A stretch of DNA of 64,000 nucleotides from Gekko japonicus (Eukaryota), in assembly GCF_001447785.1 (NCBI RefSeq), contig NW_015164182.1:791525-855524 (forward strand), in the 5' to 3' direction. The position numbers and the translations under genes are program-made. The notes below the pieces were generated by a model that saw nothing but the letters and a program-made list of their open reading frames with translations, was not told where the DNA came from and made no database searches. This document shows positions 50,258 to 64,000 of this stretch, piece after piece. Each line of letters opens with the position of its first letter. The first letter of the stretch is position 1.

Positions 50258-51699
50258 CTAGAAGAGGCTTCTGTAACCCCAAGGGCCACAGGTGAAGATC
50301 TGAGGGCAAGGAGGGTACCAAAATCCAACAGAACTTAATTTCAAAACCCAATACTGAAGGAAAGCTGTACAACAGCCTGGCAAAGAAATCTGTAAGATTT
50401 ACTAGCCCATTTACTAGATTGTTAGTATATCAGTCTTATCCCAGGGCATGACCCCTCCCAGGTGCCAGGTCACTGTGGCACCTAGACATTTCATTGAAGA
50501 GACTATTATTTTTCAGCCCTGATTTTATTGTTGTGGGTTGGCAATCCTCAGCAGAAGTATGAAGCTTATTTATCATTTCACCCCACATCACAGAATATTT
50601 TGTTGTATGGCAGAAAAATGCATTTGCATGAAGTTCTTCTCAAAACATGTCTATATGCTAACTTTACACCATTCAGTGGTGAGATTAATTCATTTATTGA
50701 CCACTTGCTTTCTATACTGGTTCCAATATTGATCTTTTTAAAAGCAATAATGAAATTATGAGAAACTGGGGAGAGGTCAGGATTAGAGGTTAACTTTGTT
50801 GTGTCCATGGCAACTAGGGTTGCTGCGTATTTATTTATAAACTGCAACACTGTTAGCATACCTTTAATAAAATTACAAGAAACTGTAAAGAATTTAGGAT
50901 TAGATTTTCTGGTAGCAATAAGTAGAAAACATTGTAATTTAAAACACAAAACCCAGACGCTGGAAAATGAGTCTGATTCCTAAATTTTGGGCAAAAAAGA
51001 TAAAAAGAAAAACTTTCATAAAGCTTGCCTGCCTGATCACCAGGAGAAGATTCTGATACAAGTGAAAAGGATACAAGGTCTGCTTTAAAGAACAATGGCA
51101 ATTCAATCTTAAGCATTCACTAGAAAGGTAAAGGCAAGTATTTTTCCACCTTGGTACAAAATCAAGGAAACAGGATGTAAAACTTGAGTTTTGGTAGGCC
51201 AGTTCTTGTTCGGAAGTTCCCATCTTCAAATTCACTTTAGCTCAAGTTTCAAACTTATAACCTCAGATATGTCAGTCAGTCACAAGCACACGTGAAAAAC
51301 ACAAGACTTTTTTTTGCTGGATCACACAACCTTGTCTAGTGTTCTGCTTCCATCAGCAACTAGCCAGTTCCCACTGGAAGTTCAGAAGCAACAGAGTGGC
51401 TGGCTGCATTCTAGAACACACACTGGAATGTGAGACTTAACTATGCTGGCAACCAGCACCCCATGTTAACTGATTCCTTTGCTGGCTACTGTCTACCTGC
51501 TGAGATTCAAAGGGAGACTGGTTCTGAACATGTAGCTATCAGGGCTAACATTAATTGATCAAGCTACCTGATATGAATCTGTTTATTCTCCATATTGCAA
51601 TCTTCATTGAGAAGCCTGTTACTCAACAGGCCTTTACACACATGGGCTCACAGCAGGTCAAGAGTATAGGTTGTACTGAGCCACAAATGCAACCCGTCA

Positions 51700-52092
<393 letters not shown>

Positions 52093-53508
52093 TCAAAGTC
52101 TGTGGCAGTATAAGGCACACTAAGCAGAAGTGACACCCCCGTTCCATGAAACTGAATGTTGATGGCAGGGGAAGGGAGGAGGAAAGACAGGGAGGGCCAT
52201 CAGGGGAAGAATGTGCACAAAAAACCTGCTGGGGTTTATTTCAGCTGGGGGCCAGAGCTGAGGGCTCCAAGGAAGGGCACGTCCTGCAACTCTGGCAGGC
52301 CCATCCCTGACTCTGCTGCTTAAAGCAGCAGTCACTCTTAGCTTAATTTGGCTACAAGAGCATGCAGCTCCATGGCAGACCAATGCACCACATGCAGGAG
52401 GTCTCTGTTTCATGCTCGGCACTTCTGATGTAAAGCCACTGTGACGGGAAGGACATTTAGAAAGATGGAGACTTTGGACAGCTACCGCCGCCCAGGGGTC
52501 ATTTCACAGAAAAAGAGCTGCAGGAGCTCATTAGCATACCTGCTATTAGCATAAGCATTAGCATATGCCACGCCCCCTGACATCACCGGAAGTGTGTCAG
52601 AAGGGGAAGCAAAAAGGGGAGGGGGAGGCATCTTCAAAAGCCTCCCCTTCCCTTCCCCAACTGGCCTGCCAAGGCAGGGTGGCGGGGAAGCGGAGAGAGA
52701 AGAGGTTTAAAGTTTAAACCCCTTCCCTCTAGAGTCGTGCCGCAGGGGTGGCAGGATCTTTCCATTGTATTCTATGGCCCGGCTGCGGGGCACTCGGAGA
52801 AGATTGCGCAGGGAAGCCAGGCATTTAATTCTCCCCCTCCGGAGGGGGCAGGGCCTGGGCTCGTTACTGCCGAAGCGTTGCTCCGGGGCGCTCTGGCAGG
52901 AAATGACTATTGCCGCTGCCGATTCAATCGGAGAGTACTCAGTTATACAGACTGTAGGCCAGAAGACAGCTTCCTGTTTTTCAATACACCACTATTTCAC
53001 CTTTGAAGCTGCTCTTAAAACTTCATTGCATCTGAAATGAGCTCCAATTCATGAAAGCTCATGCTGAAATAAAAAATGTTAGTCTTTAGGGTGCCAATGG
53101 ACTTCTGTTTTGTTTTGCTTACAAGTAAAGCAACTTAATGCTCAGGGTGCTACGCACAAATGCTGCAATTTGAGAGCCCAAAATATGGTACTGCACACAA
53201 CATCCAGAAAAATTTGGTGTAAAACAGCAAACTTCTCTCTCTTATGGCTGTGAAGAAATGCTTTATAATTGCAGTTTTTATGAAGAAATGTAACATGTAG
53301 CTGCTAAGATTCCATTTTACTGAATTCAGTTTTTCCGGGAACAGAATCTAGATTGATTCTGGTTTTCTAGCATGGTGTAGACGCAGCATTAGTGATCCCC
53401 CCCCCCGCAACCTCACAGAACACCTGCCATGCCTTTGGAAACCTGTTTGCCTCTACCCACCCTGCTCCCAGAAAGGAATAGAAACAGGAGAAGAGCAGCC
53501 CAGACTTA

Positions 53509-53772
<264 letters not shown>

Positions 53773-54474
53773 CTAGATAGGCTTCTCTCCATCCCAATTT
53801 AAGAGCCCGGAGGGATCCCTTGCTGAGGGTGCCAGTTCTGCCTGACCCCAACTGATGAAAGCAGTGAGGTGTAGTAGTCAAGTGTTGGACTGGGATCTGG
53901 CAGAATCCTACTTCGAATCCCCACTCTGCCATGGAAGTTCAGTCTAACCTACCTCACAGGGTTGTTGTGAGGATAAAATGGAGGAATGATTTAAGAAGAG
54001 ATTAAACACATATATATGGGGAAATGCTTCTATTCAAGTAGCTCTGATCTTCAGAACTCTTAACCCAAGAGAAACTCAGTGCAACTTACTTATTTATCCA
54101 GAAAAATTTATATGCTGCCTCTCCAGAGACAGCAACACAGTTGTAAAACCAACGGCTAAAATCAAGCCAGGGGCATAACAACAGCACAAAACAAACTTTG
54201 AGCAGCTTCAAATGATATCCCTAAAACAGTCCTCAGGCTAGAAGCAGACCATAAAACAGGTTAGAAACAAATGGAATCCCTCAGTTAAAAGCCTGGGTAA
54301 AGAAACGTGTTTTGGCTTGGAACTTAAAAGGAAAGTAAGGTACATGTCTGGTCAGCCTCAAAGAGCTGCCTTTCCAAAGGTGAGCTGCCACCACTGAGGA
54401 AGCCCTCTGCACGCAGGGGCACAGTGAGCTGGGGTAGGGAAAAGAATCTTAACTTTTTTTTGTAGTCGCCACCA

Positions 54475-55416
54475 CCACAGGTGGTGGTGGCGGCTACAAG
54501 CATGGACAGCTTCAAAAGGGAATTAGATGAGCATATGGAGCAGAGGTCCATCAGTGGCTATTAGCCACAAGGTATAGATAGGGGCTCTGGGGCAAGTGAT
54601 GCTCTGTCTTCTTGGTGCTTGGGGGGGTCAACAGTGGGAGGGCTTCTAACGTCCTGGCCCCACTGGTGGACCTCCTGATGGCACCTGGTATTTCTGACCA
54701 CTGTGTGACGCAGAGAGTGCGTTCAGACGGGGTATTTACAACGGTATAGGTGCCGGTTGGAATCGGTGTATTTACCGGCGTTCACACGGCGCACATCTGC
54801 CTTCCATCCCTAACCGTCGCAAAGAGCTTTAAACCGTTGTATTCCGCCACTAGGTCCCCAAGTGGTGTGCAACAGTTGTAATCGCTTTACCCCCCCCGTC
54901 TTATCGCTCTCCACCGTTGTAGAGCCACTTCTGTTTGGAAGCCCGAGACTTCCGATTTTTACCCGCCATTTTTTTTAGGTCGGCGATATGCGCTTGAGCG
55001 AAGCTTTGCCCCGGCGTTTGTTTTTTTAAAAAAGAAAAGGTCCTTAGTTTAACGTTTTAGAGGAGTCCAGGACCTCAGGGAGGCCAGTTTGCTCTTTAAA
55101 CTTTAAAGGTACGTCCTCTCTTCAGGGCATGCTTTTTTGGATGGGGTGTTTTGCGCATGCGCGAAGATCGCCATTCTGTGGATGGCTGCCTATGCTCATG
55201 CGCAAACTAAGTTAAAAAAAACACAAGAAACCGCCGACACCCGCTGTGTGTGAACGGGCATACAACAATGGGCTCTGCAGACAGGAGGTAAGTGTGATCG
55301 CATTTCAGCCGGCATAAACTGCAACGGTTCCAACCAGAACGCACCCAGAGTGTTGGACTGGATGGGCCTTTGGCCTGATCCAACATTGGCGTCTCTTATG
55401 TTCTCTTATGTTCTTA
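54475..55416 (+). mobile_element. CR1 3' end split by a MITE
   Basis: Reverse complement of the 35308-35600 CR1 3' end; tail TCTTATGTTCTCTTATGTTCTT. Confidence 0.88.
54715..55346. mobile_element. TIR-bounded MITE (PIF/Harbinger-like) nested in CR1
   Basis: Ends GAGTGCGTTC / GAACGCACCC; short duplication AGA (or CAGA) of the CR1 target; CpG-rich, suggesting young age. Confidence 0.7.
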
Positions 55417-55561
55417 ACTGGCGAGCAGGACAGTGGCTACCCTGTCCTCACATACGGAAGCAGACAATGGCCATAATCCTACACCAGGAAATTCTCCTGC
55501 ACTACCCCCATTTTGGGGGGAAACACCAAGGCCTGAACAAGGACACAACTGTTATGCATTA

Positions 55562-55717
<156 letters not shown>

Positions 55718-56093
55718 CTATCCTGCAAGAATGAAGAAAACTTTCCTGGCAAAAGAGCTGGTAAGTATATTTATAGTGCTGAACTATGGTTAGGCAGATG
55801 TGGCTTCAAATCCTCGCTCAGCTAAGTCATTATCTGGTTGATCACAGGCTATTTTTTTACTTAATTTGTAGTCCGCTTTTCTTGCTAAGGCTCAAGGCAG
55901 ATTTTAGAAAATAATGCAATAAAGATCAGTATTATACATACAAACAGGGCAATAAAACTGGATTACAAAACTTGAGAACGACTAAATAAAAACATGTAAT
56001 ACAGCCAAAAAACAATATGAAGGAGAAAAACTGCCTACATTTTTTAGGTCTGACTGAACACTTGCTTCTTTACTACTACCCTATTACCATTGT

Positions 56094-56290
56094 TCCCTGA
56101 CCTGGATGGCCCACACTAGCCTGATCTCGTCAGTTCCCAGAAACTAAGCAGTGCTGGCCCTGGTTACTGCTTGGATAGGGCCACCAAGGGAGTCCAGCGC
56201 TGCTATGCAGAGGCAGGCAATGGCAAACCACGTCTGTTAAGTCTCTTGCTTTGAAAGCTCTACTGCGACTTGGTGTCCCTTTCAACCACA
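56094..56290 (+). mobile_element. 5S rRNA-derived SINE
   Basis: GCCTGATCTCGTCAG...AAACTAAGCAG..GGCCCTGGTTA..CTTGGAT matches the 5S internal control region, followed by a non-5S tail; a degenerate minus copy lies at ~8210-8365. Confidence 0.75.
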
Positions 56291-56295
56291 TTCTT

Positions 56296-58705
56296 AATTT
56301 TTTTAAAACTTTATTGTTGATAATTACATATACAACAATATTCAATACAAATTCAAAACATGTAAGAGCAAATGAGTAGTACAAATAACAGTATAATGAT
56401 AACATATTGTGAAAAGTAAATGTATTAACAATCAATATACGACATGTATCAATAAATCAAATGTAATGTATTCCAAACCATATTCAGTATGGTTAAACAA
56501 GTATTCCAGGAAAGGAAACCATGTTGAAGTAAAATCTGAGTGCAAAGAATCGTTTTGTCTAGATAAAACAGTCAGCAATTTCGTCCACTAGACAAAATTC
56601 ACACACTTTGAACAGCCATTCATTACCAGTTAAATGGAGTGTTTCCAAGATTTGGCTATTACAATCCTGGCAGTTGCACAAAGCAGAGCAATTAATTCTT
56701 TATGAAGTGTGAGTTGGGGGTAAGTCTCCATGTGTCTAACAGTAAGGAGTCTATAGTAAAAGGTATACGGATAGATGTGATTTCATAAATTTATTGAACA
56801 ATCATGACATACCACCTAGATAGTATCTTAAAAGATTTTGTTTTGATAGGTGTACGTTTAGATTGAATAAGTAGCGAATGCCAAATAGACTGCCATTGGG
56901 GGTAGCTAAGAGTTGTATTTAGATCCTTATGCCACGATGTAGTGTAAGATGGTAAAACTTCATTATAGGGTTCCATAATCATTGTATAGAGAATGGAAAT
57001 AAGAGATTTATAAGTAGGTCTTGGTGTTTTCAATAAGATTTCAAATTTAGTTAAGGGTCTTGTAAGGCTTAATTTAATTTTTGGTGAACGTATTAAGTGG
57101 GCTAACTCTAAGTATTGGAACCATTGAAGTGTTTTGTGAAGTTTCGCATCTAACTCAGCCTTATCTAAAATTAGGCCACAACGTGGTATGTCTATAAGCC
57201 TAGTTGGATATTGGGAAATAGAAGGTGCCAAATCTTTCTGTGTTTATCCATATTGAGAGGGTGTTAAGTAAAAAGGGATTATCAAGTATTGTGGCTGGTC
57301 TTTCTTTCTTGATATTCTATATGATTTCTTGTAGCAATCTTTCAGATGAATATATTTGCTCTATTATAGTCCAATCAGGTGCCGTATTAGGATTTAACAT
57401 CTTGATTATGTTAGTTATTTGTGCCACCTCATAATAAGTGGACAATTTTGGAAACACCATGCCACCTTCTGTTGGGAAATTGATTCTAGCCCGCTTAGAA
57501 TCCCACAAGAAGGTGTTCAATAGTTTCTGCCAGCTTTGCATGAGAGATATCGGTATTTTAATAGGAAGTGAACGGAAAAAAAATAAATTTGGGGAGAGTG
57601 AACATTTTGATCGAGTCATAACGTCCTAGCCAGGATAACTGCAAGGGTTGCCAATCTCTAAATTGCGTGCGGATCTTGTTCATGAGTATGCCATAGTTAT
57701 GAGTAATGAGGTCCTTAAGGTTTAGCGGTATGTTGACGCCTAGGTATCTCCAATCTTTGGAAACCCATTTTAAAAAATAAGATCTTTTCAGGATAGTCCT
57801 TTCCATAACAGAAATATTGATTGGGTATATGTCGGTTTTGGATTGGTTAACTCGTAATCCTGAGATGAGACCAAAGGTCTGCAATTCAGACATCGCAGCA
57901 GGAAGAGAACTTGATGGGTTGGATAAATATATAACTGTGTCATCAGTAAATAGGCTAATTTTAAATTCCTTGTTATGAGTGTTGATTCCTTTAATATTTG
58001 GATTGGTGTGTATCGCTGTCGCCATAGGTTCTAGCGCCAAAGCGAATAGGATGGGTGATAAGGGGCAGCCTTGTCTGGTGCCACATTGGGGTGCAAAGGT
58101 TTCCGAGTGAGAATTATTTATTTTTATGTTAGTCTTGGGGTCAGTGTAAAGGGATCGGATTATGTGGCGGAAGCCATCTCCGAATTCCATATGTTCCAAT
58201 AGCTGATGGAGATAATTAATTTCTAAGGAATCAAACACCTTTTCTATATCTAAAGAAAGAATTATTGAAGGCAACTGTTTTTGACAGCAATAGTGTATTA
58301 CATTAAAAGTTTTACTGATGTTTTCCGTTATGTCACGGGTCGGAATGAATCCAGTTTGATCTCTATCAATGTATTGTGTTATGATTTTCCCCAATATGAC
58401 TGCAAGCCAGATTTTAGCATCTTGATTAATGCTTGATTAATGTTATGGGACGGTAGGATTTTGGGTCTAAGGGATCTCTACCAGGTTTAGGTAATACAAT
58501 AATGGTGGATTCAGTCCATGAATTTGGGATTTTCCCTATGTTCAAAACTTCATTACAGACATCAACAAAGGGCTGTCTAAGGAGGAGTAAGAAAACTTTA
58601 TAGAATTCAATTGAGTAGCCATCTGTGCCTAGAGATTTATGATTCTTTATCTTTTTGACAACCTCTTGAACCTCTTGAGGTGTAATGGGAGAGTCTAATA
58701 GTCTG
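56296..58705 (-). mobile_element. LINE-1 ORF2 RT to 3' end, decayed, in a TMEM39B intron
   Basis: KSLGTDGYSIEFYK, SYRPI, LDIEKVFD, GTRQGCPLSP, SLFTDD; AATAAA and poly(A) at ~56296-56315. Confidence 0.93.
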
Positions 58706-61700
58706 TCGATTTCGGACCAATTTCAGCCTCACCAATTGAAGTTGAGGAAACGGTTCTGCGTCAGCCTCGTGCACATCATTCCCAGTCGGTGATTTCCTGG
58801 GAAAGTGATCAGTCGGCACCAGCCTCTCGATACCATCGATCCTGATTGCCCAGAGGCCACGAATATCGATATCGACCTGAGAAGTGCCCAGATTACCGTC
58901 GTTCCAGGCCCATGCTCTCGTACTCGCCTAGATGGGAATTGAGACCACACTCTCCAACCGACTTTGACCCACTGATGCCGTGGGATCGTAGGGGGCAGAT
59001 GCCTTGCTGGTTCACATCGTACCCAATGTCGGCATCCATGCCATGGCTGACGCCTAGGCCACAGTCGGACTGGGACCGTGGATCAAGTTGTTCACACTCT
59101 CCCCACCGTAAATCTAAGCCTTCCGCATCACAATCCAAAGCCGCAGAGGAAACTCGTCGCCCACCCTCTCCTCTCCACACCAAAAGTCGCCCCGATACCG
59201 GATATCCCTGCAGCTCCGGCATCGCCTGTCGTATCATTCATCTCCGATACCAACACTGATGATTCAGAAAGCCCCGAATCACCTAAAGATCCATCACCAA
59301 AGGCTACAGTATCGGACAATCTGCCAATCTCGCCTTCTGAGGATCTCTCTTCATACGGAGATTTGGTCAAGAGGATGGCACATTCCCTGGCATGTCGATC
59401 GTCCAACCCCAACCCTCGGTGTTGGATGCTGTCTTCGATGTCGTGCAAAATGATACCTCCACCTCGATCGCTCTCCCGATGTCGACCATTCTTCTACAGG
59501 CGTCTAAGGCCCTGTGGGACAAGCCTTCCTCTACTCCAGTGTCATCCAGGCGTTTGGATCACATGTATCGGGTCCAGGAGACGGGGGCAGAATTCCTCCA
59601 TATCCACCCCAAGCCCAACTCCTTGGTCGTGTCATCCACCTCAAAGAGTAAATGGACCCTTGCTACCCCTTCAGATAAGGAGAGCACCAGTTAGACTCCA
59701 TTGGTCGTCGTTTTTACTCGGCGGGAGCCCTCGGCATTAAGACATCTAATTATGTCGCTTGTATGGGCCGCTACCAGTACTCACTCTGGGAACAATTTAC
59801 CGACTTTCTGACCTCAGTGCCTGATGACAAACGTCAAGAGGCCAGAAAGCTGCAAAAGGAAGGCTTGCTGCTCTCTAAACAAATCATCAACTCATCCAAA
59901 CATACTCTGGACACGTTTTCAAAAATAATGTCATCTGCAGTTGCCCTCCGTAGGCACTCCTGGCTGAGGACCACCGCATTCCCTGCTGATACCAGGGTGT
60001 ACTCCCTGCTGATACCAGGGTGTACTTGTCTTTCGATGGCCAAGGTCTCTTCCATGCGTCCACTGATTCGACGCTCCAGGAAATGGACAAAAGCATTAAG
60101 ACCTCGAGGTCGCTGGGGGTCTCTGCCCCCTCTAAGCCTTTTCGTCCTTGCTCGTGGTCTCGTTACGGCTCCAGACACCAATACGCTAAGCTGTCGCCGG
60201 ATGAAGGTTACAGGCCATGTTGGTCCCCATCTGCGAATAGGCAGCAGTACCAGGCCCGACAGATACGGCTCTGGACAGCAGATTGTCAGACCAAAGCAAC
60301 CCAAACCGGGCAAGCAGGGCCTTTGACTTCCGCCTGTCTATCTCTCCCGACCCTACCCGCCTCCATCCATATTTACAGGCCTGGGCCACCATTACGTCGG
60401 ACCAATGGGTCCTTTCCATCTTAGCCAAGGGCTATTCCATCGAATTCATGGAACTCCCACCTCTTCCTATAGTCGTCATCACTACCCCGTTGTTGTTCCT
60501 CCTCGAGGTCACCATACTTCTTTCAAAGGGTGCTGTAGAGCCCGTGCCTCTAGATCACCAAGGACTTAGTTTTTATTCCCGATACTTCGTGGTTCCCAAG
60601 AGGGACGATGGGCAAAGGCCGATCTTAGACCTTCACGGTCTCAACACCTTTATAAGGTACCAAAAATTCAAAATGACATCCCTTCCCGTCATTCTGCCTC
60701 TCCTGTCCCAGGGATGCTGGATGGCCACCATCGACCTCGAGGATGCCTATTTCTATTTAACTATCCACCCCGCCCATCGCAAATACTTCCGATTTGCGAT
60801 AGGTGGCAGCCACTACCAATACAGGAGTCTACCGTTTGGCCTCAGCACGGCCCCAAGGGTCTTTACCAAGATGATGGTAGTTGTTGTGGCACATCTCCGC
60901 CTCTGTGGCCTGACGGTGTTCCCATATCTGGACGATTGGCTTCTGGTCGCCCTTTCCAAGGACCTCCTAATTTGTCAGATATCTCAGGCCCTCAATCTCC
61001 TTCATTGTCTGGGACTCAGGGTCAACCACAAGAAGTCGCGCCTAGTCCCTTCGCAAAGAGTGCAATTCATACGGGTGATACTCGATTCCCAAGACAGTGC
61101 AGCCTTCCTGCCCCAGGACAGGGCACGAACCCTAATTGTTCAGGCAGAACAGGTTCGACTACGAGGAACCTCCTCTGCCTTCCAGATTCAACGCCTCCTG
61201 GGCTTAATGGCGGCAACAACTGCAGTCCTCCAGTTTGCAAAGTTGTGAATGCAACCACTCCAGCTTTGGTTCATCCGTCACTTCAAGCCTCTAAGGATGT
61301 CCCAATCTGTTGCTTTTCCCCCACCACAAGAGGTACACGACTCCCTATTGTGGTGGACGCACTCAGACAACCTGACGGAGGGGATCCCGTTCCGTCCTCT
61401 CACTCCTATTCTCACCCTCACAACTGACGCTTCACTGTGGGGCTGGGGAGCCCCCCTCAACGGCCTCTCCGTAGGCCACAGGTGGGATGCTGTATCCTCA
61501 AGGAGACACAAACTTTCTGGAACTGTTGGCAATAAAATTGGCCCTCCAATGTTTCCAGCCTCTGCTCGCAGGACAATGTGTAACTGTCTTAACCGACAAT
61601 ACGACGGCCCTCAGTTACGTCAACAGGCAGGGTGGAACGATCTCCCGCAGCCTCTGCCTCCTTGCTCTGGACCTTTGGACCTGGTGCATGCCTCTGCACA

Positions 61701-63597
61701 TCTTTCCCATTGCCTCACACATCGCGGGCAAGGCAAATGTGAATGCGGACCTGCTCAGCAGAGGTCTCTCCCAGCGTCATGATTGGGAGCTGAACTGGAC
61801 CTACCTACGTCCTGTCTTTCAAGAGTGAGGCGCACCTCATGTCAATGTCTTTGCCATCGGGCACAACTCGAAGTGCACCCTGTTTTGCTGCAGGGTGGCT
61901 CAGGATCCCAGGGCTTTGGGAGACGGACTCCTGTACCCATGGGACAACAACTTCCTATATATGTTCCCGCCTCTGCCTCTGTTTCTGAGAACGGTCCAAA
62001 GACTCATGAGGGTCCATACGAGGTGCATCCTGATCACCCCCTGGGGGCCGAGGCAACCTTGGTTCGCCAATCTCCTCTCACTAGCCAAGGCGCGCTATCA
62101 CCTCCCACAGGTGCCAGATCTGCTCCTGGCAGAGGGAGGAGCCCTCCTATTCCACGAGGTGGACAAGCTCAAGTTAACAGCTTATCTCGTGGACACTTAA
62201 CTTTCTCTGACAGAATCAACACTGTGCTACTCAATGCCAGGAAAGATTCTACGCGACCTTCCTACAGTGGGAAGTGGGCCCGCTTCTTAGCCTTCATACA
62301 TCCCGCTGACGTCCCCCCGGCTTCTGTCAGGATTGACCAGGTCTTAGACTTTCTGCTCTCACTGGCAGAGAAGGGGCTCTCGCACTCCTTTCTCAAGGTA
62401 TATTTGTCAGCTATTTCGGCCTACCACCCGGGCTTCGACGGCTTTTCCGTTTTTTCTCACCCGGTCACAAAGAGGTTTATGAAGGGTCTCCTCCACCTGT
62501 ATCCACCAGTCCACTCACCAGTACCCTTGCGGGATCTAAGGCTGGTGCTCCGCCATCTTATGGGGCAGCCCTTTGAGCCCATGGCGACCTGCGAGCTAAA
62601 GCATACAGCATGGAAAACTGCCTTTTTCATCACCATCACCTTGGCCAGGAGGGTGGGCGAACTCGTGGGTCTGCGCCATGACCCACCTTTCCTTGTGTTC
62701 CTGCCGGACGGTGTGAGACTGCTCCCTGACATATCCTTTCTGCCTAAGGTTTCACCTAACCTCGGAGATCTTATTGCCTAACTTCTTCCCTAAACCGGAA
62801 GATGAACAACAGCGACTCCTCCACAATCTAGATATTCCGAGGGTGCTGTTCTTTTACCTAAATAGGACACACCAAGTAGGAGGAACAATCAACTTTCTGT
62901 CTCCTACTCCAGTCATTCTGCAGGGCTTAAAATCTCAGCACAACGTGTCTCCAAATGGATTGTCGAGACTATTAAGCTGTGCTACCAGTTGGCTAAACGC
63001 CCGTTGCCCATACCTATATGAGCGCACACTACAAGATTCATGGCCACGTCTACAGCCTTCTTGAAGGGTGCTTCCCTGTTGGCGATCTGTGGTCTACTCC
63101 GAACACCTTCATCAAGCACTACACTGTTGACGTTCGTGAACGCCACAGAGTGGACCTTGTTCATCTAGTCCTTTCGTCGGCAGAGCATTGAATTTGCGAC
63201 AGCTCCCACCTCCAGGTGAGCCACTGCTTTTCAATCTCCCATGGGCGTGATGCACAGAGACCACGAAGAAGATAAACAGGTTGCTTACCTGTAACTGGTG
63301 ATCTTCGAGTGGCCATCTGTGCAATCACACCACCCGCCCATCCTTCCCCACTGCTGCCGCTTCAGTACTTCTCTCTGGTTGTTGACATGACAGTGGTCAG
63401 AAGGAACTGGCGGGATGTCCGTGCCCCTCCTCTTTGGGCATGTGCAGTGGGGTTCCCGCGCATACCCGGAGGAGAGGCGTGAAAATCCCTGTGAGCTTTG
63501 CATACCACCGATACGGATCAGTGCAGGCGCATAATCCCATGGGTGTGACTGCACAGATGACCACTTGAAGATCACCAGTTACAGGTAAGCAACCTGT
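58706..63597 (+). mobile_element. DIRS1-like retrotransposon (DIRS-3), left end missing; gag, RT, RNase H, MTase-like domain, YR, ICR and right ITR present
   Basis: RT ORF 60283-61248 (IDLEDAYF, LPFGLSTAPRVF, PYLDDWL); TTDASLWGWGA; YMFPPLP; YR ITLARRVGEL; ICR ~63240-63330; right ITR ~63401-63597, similar to DIRS-2. Confidence 0.93.
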
Positions 63598-63689
63598 AGT
63601 TCTGATAAGCGCTGTTCTTGAAAAAGAGCAGTTTCTGTCAAGAGCTCTCTCAGCCCCACCTACCTTGTAGGGTGTTTGTTGTGGTCATG

Positions 63690-64000
63690 GTCAGAATACA
63701 CTTTAGAGCCAATGGTTGCATCAACTATGTGATTTCGTAAAGATGAAGAAAAAAGAACATAGTCAATGCGAGTGTGGACTTGGAATTGAGATGAGAAATA
63801 GGTGTAATCACAAGCCTTGGGATAGCAGAACCGTCAGATGTCTATATAGTAAAATTTTTCAAGATTGGAATGTAATTTGGTGAATTGCTGCTTGGTTGTT
63901 ATACTTTTGAGTTGTCTTTTATTAATTTTTGATCTATCTAACTTTAAGTCAGCTACATAAAGTCAGCACCAATCATTGCTTCCCCAATAGAAAAGGAATC
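63690..64000 (-). mobile_element. LINE-1 endonuclease-domain fragment
   Basis: Minus-strand translation DYTYFSSQFQVHTRIDY ... SDH; probably the upstream part of the 56296-58705 L1. Confidence 0.8.

Noticed and set aside
50801-50814. X-box-like GTGTCCATGGCAAC in a TMEM39B intron
   Set aside because: Single imperfect site without promoter context.

Overview
Vertebrate genomic DNA, most likely a gecko (squamate), inferred from Sauria SINE, Ther1/MIR-derived (Squam3-like) SINEs, 5S-derived SINEs and an abundant TAGGGTTGCCA-ended MITE family. There are three assembly gaps (16464-16616, 36155-36173, 36405-36843). The one confidently recognised gene is TMEM39B on the minus strand: six phase-consistent coding exons from 55678 to the stop at 46359, with its 5' exons beyond the window. 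About half of the window is decayed and nested transposable elements: a Gypsy element interrupted by an L1 and two hAT MITEs, three DIRS tyrosine-recombinase retrotransposons, several L1s (one is ORF1-only with poly(A) and a TSD), CR1, L2, a Penelope GIY-YIG fragment and SINEs. Reading splice signals by hand gave two small multi-exon genes absent from the ORF track. The first is a + strand 3-exon, 77-aa ORF (20470-27449) just downstream of two RFX X-boxes, resembling the ciliary protein C2orf50/CIMIP5 as I recall it. The second is a minus-strand gene starting at a GC-rich promoter near 12.7 kb, with a possible alternative 5' end at the same X-boxes. Together they may form an unannotated head-to-head pair of ciliary genes. 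Both models are inferences that need RNA-seq and homology checks. TE boundaries without a TSD are approximate.
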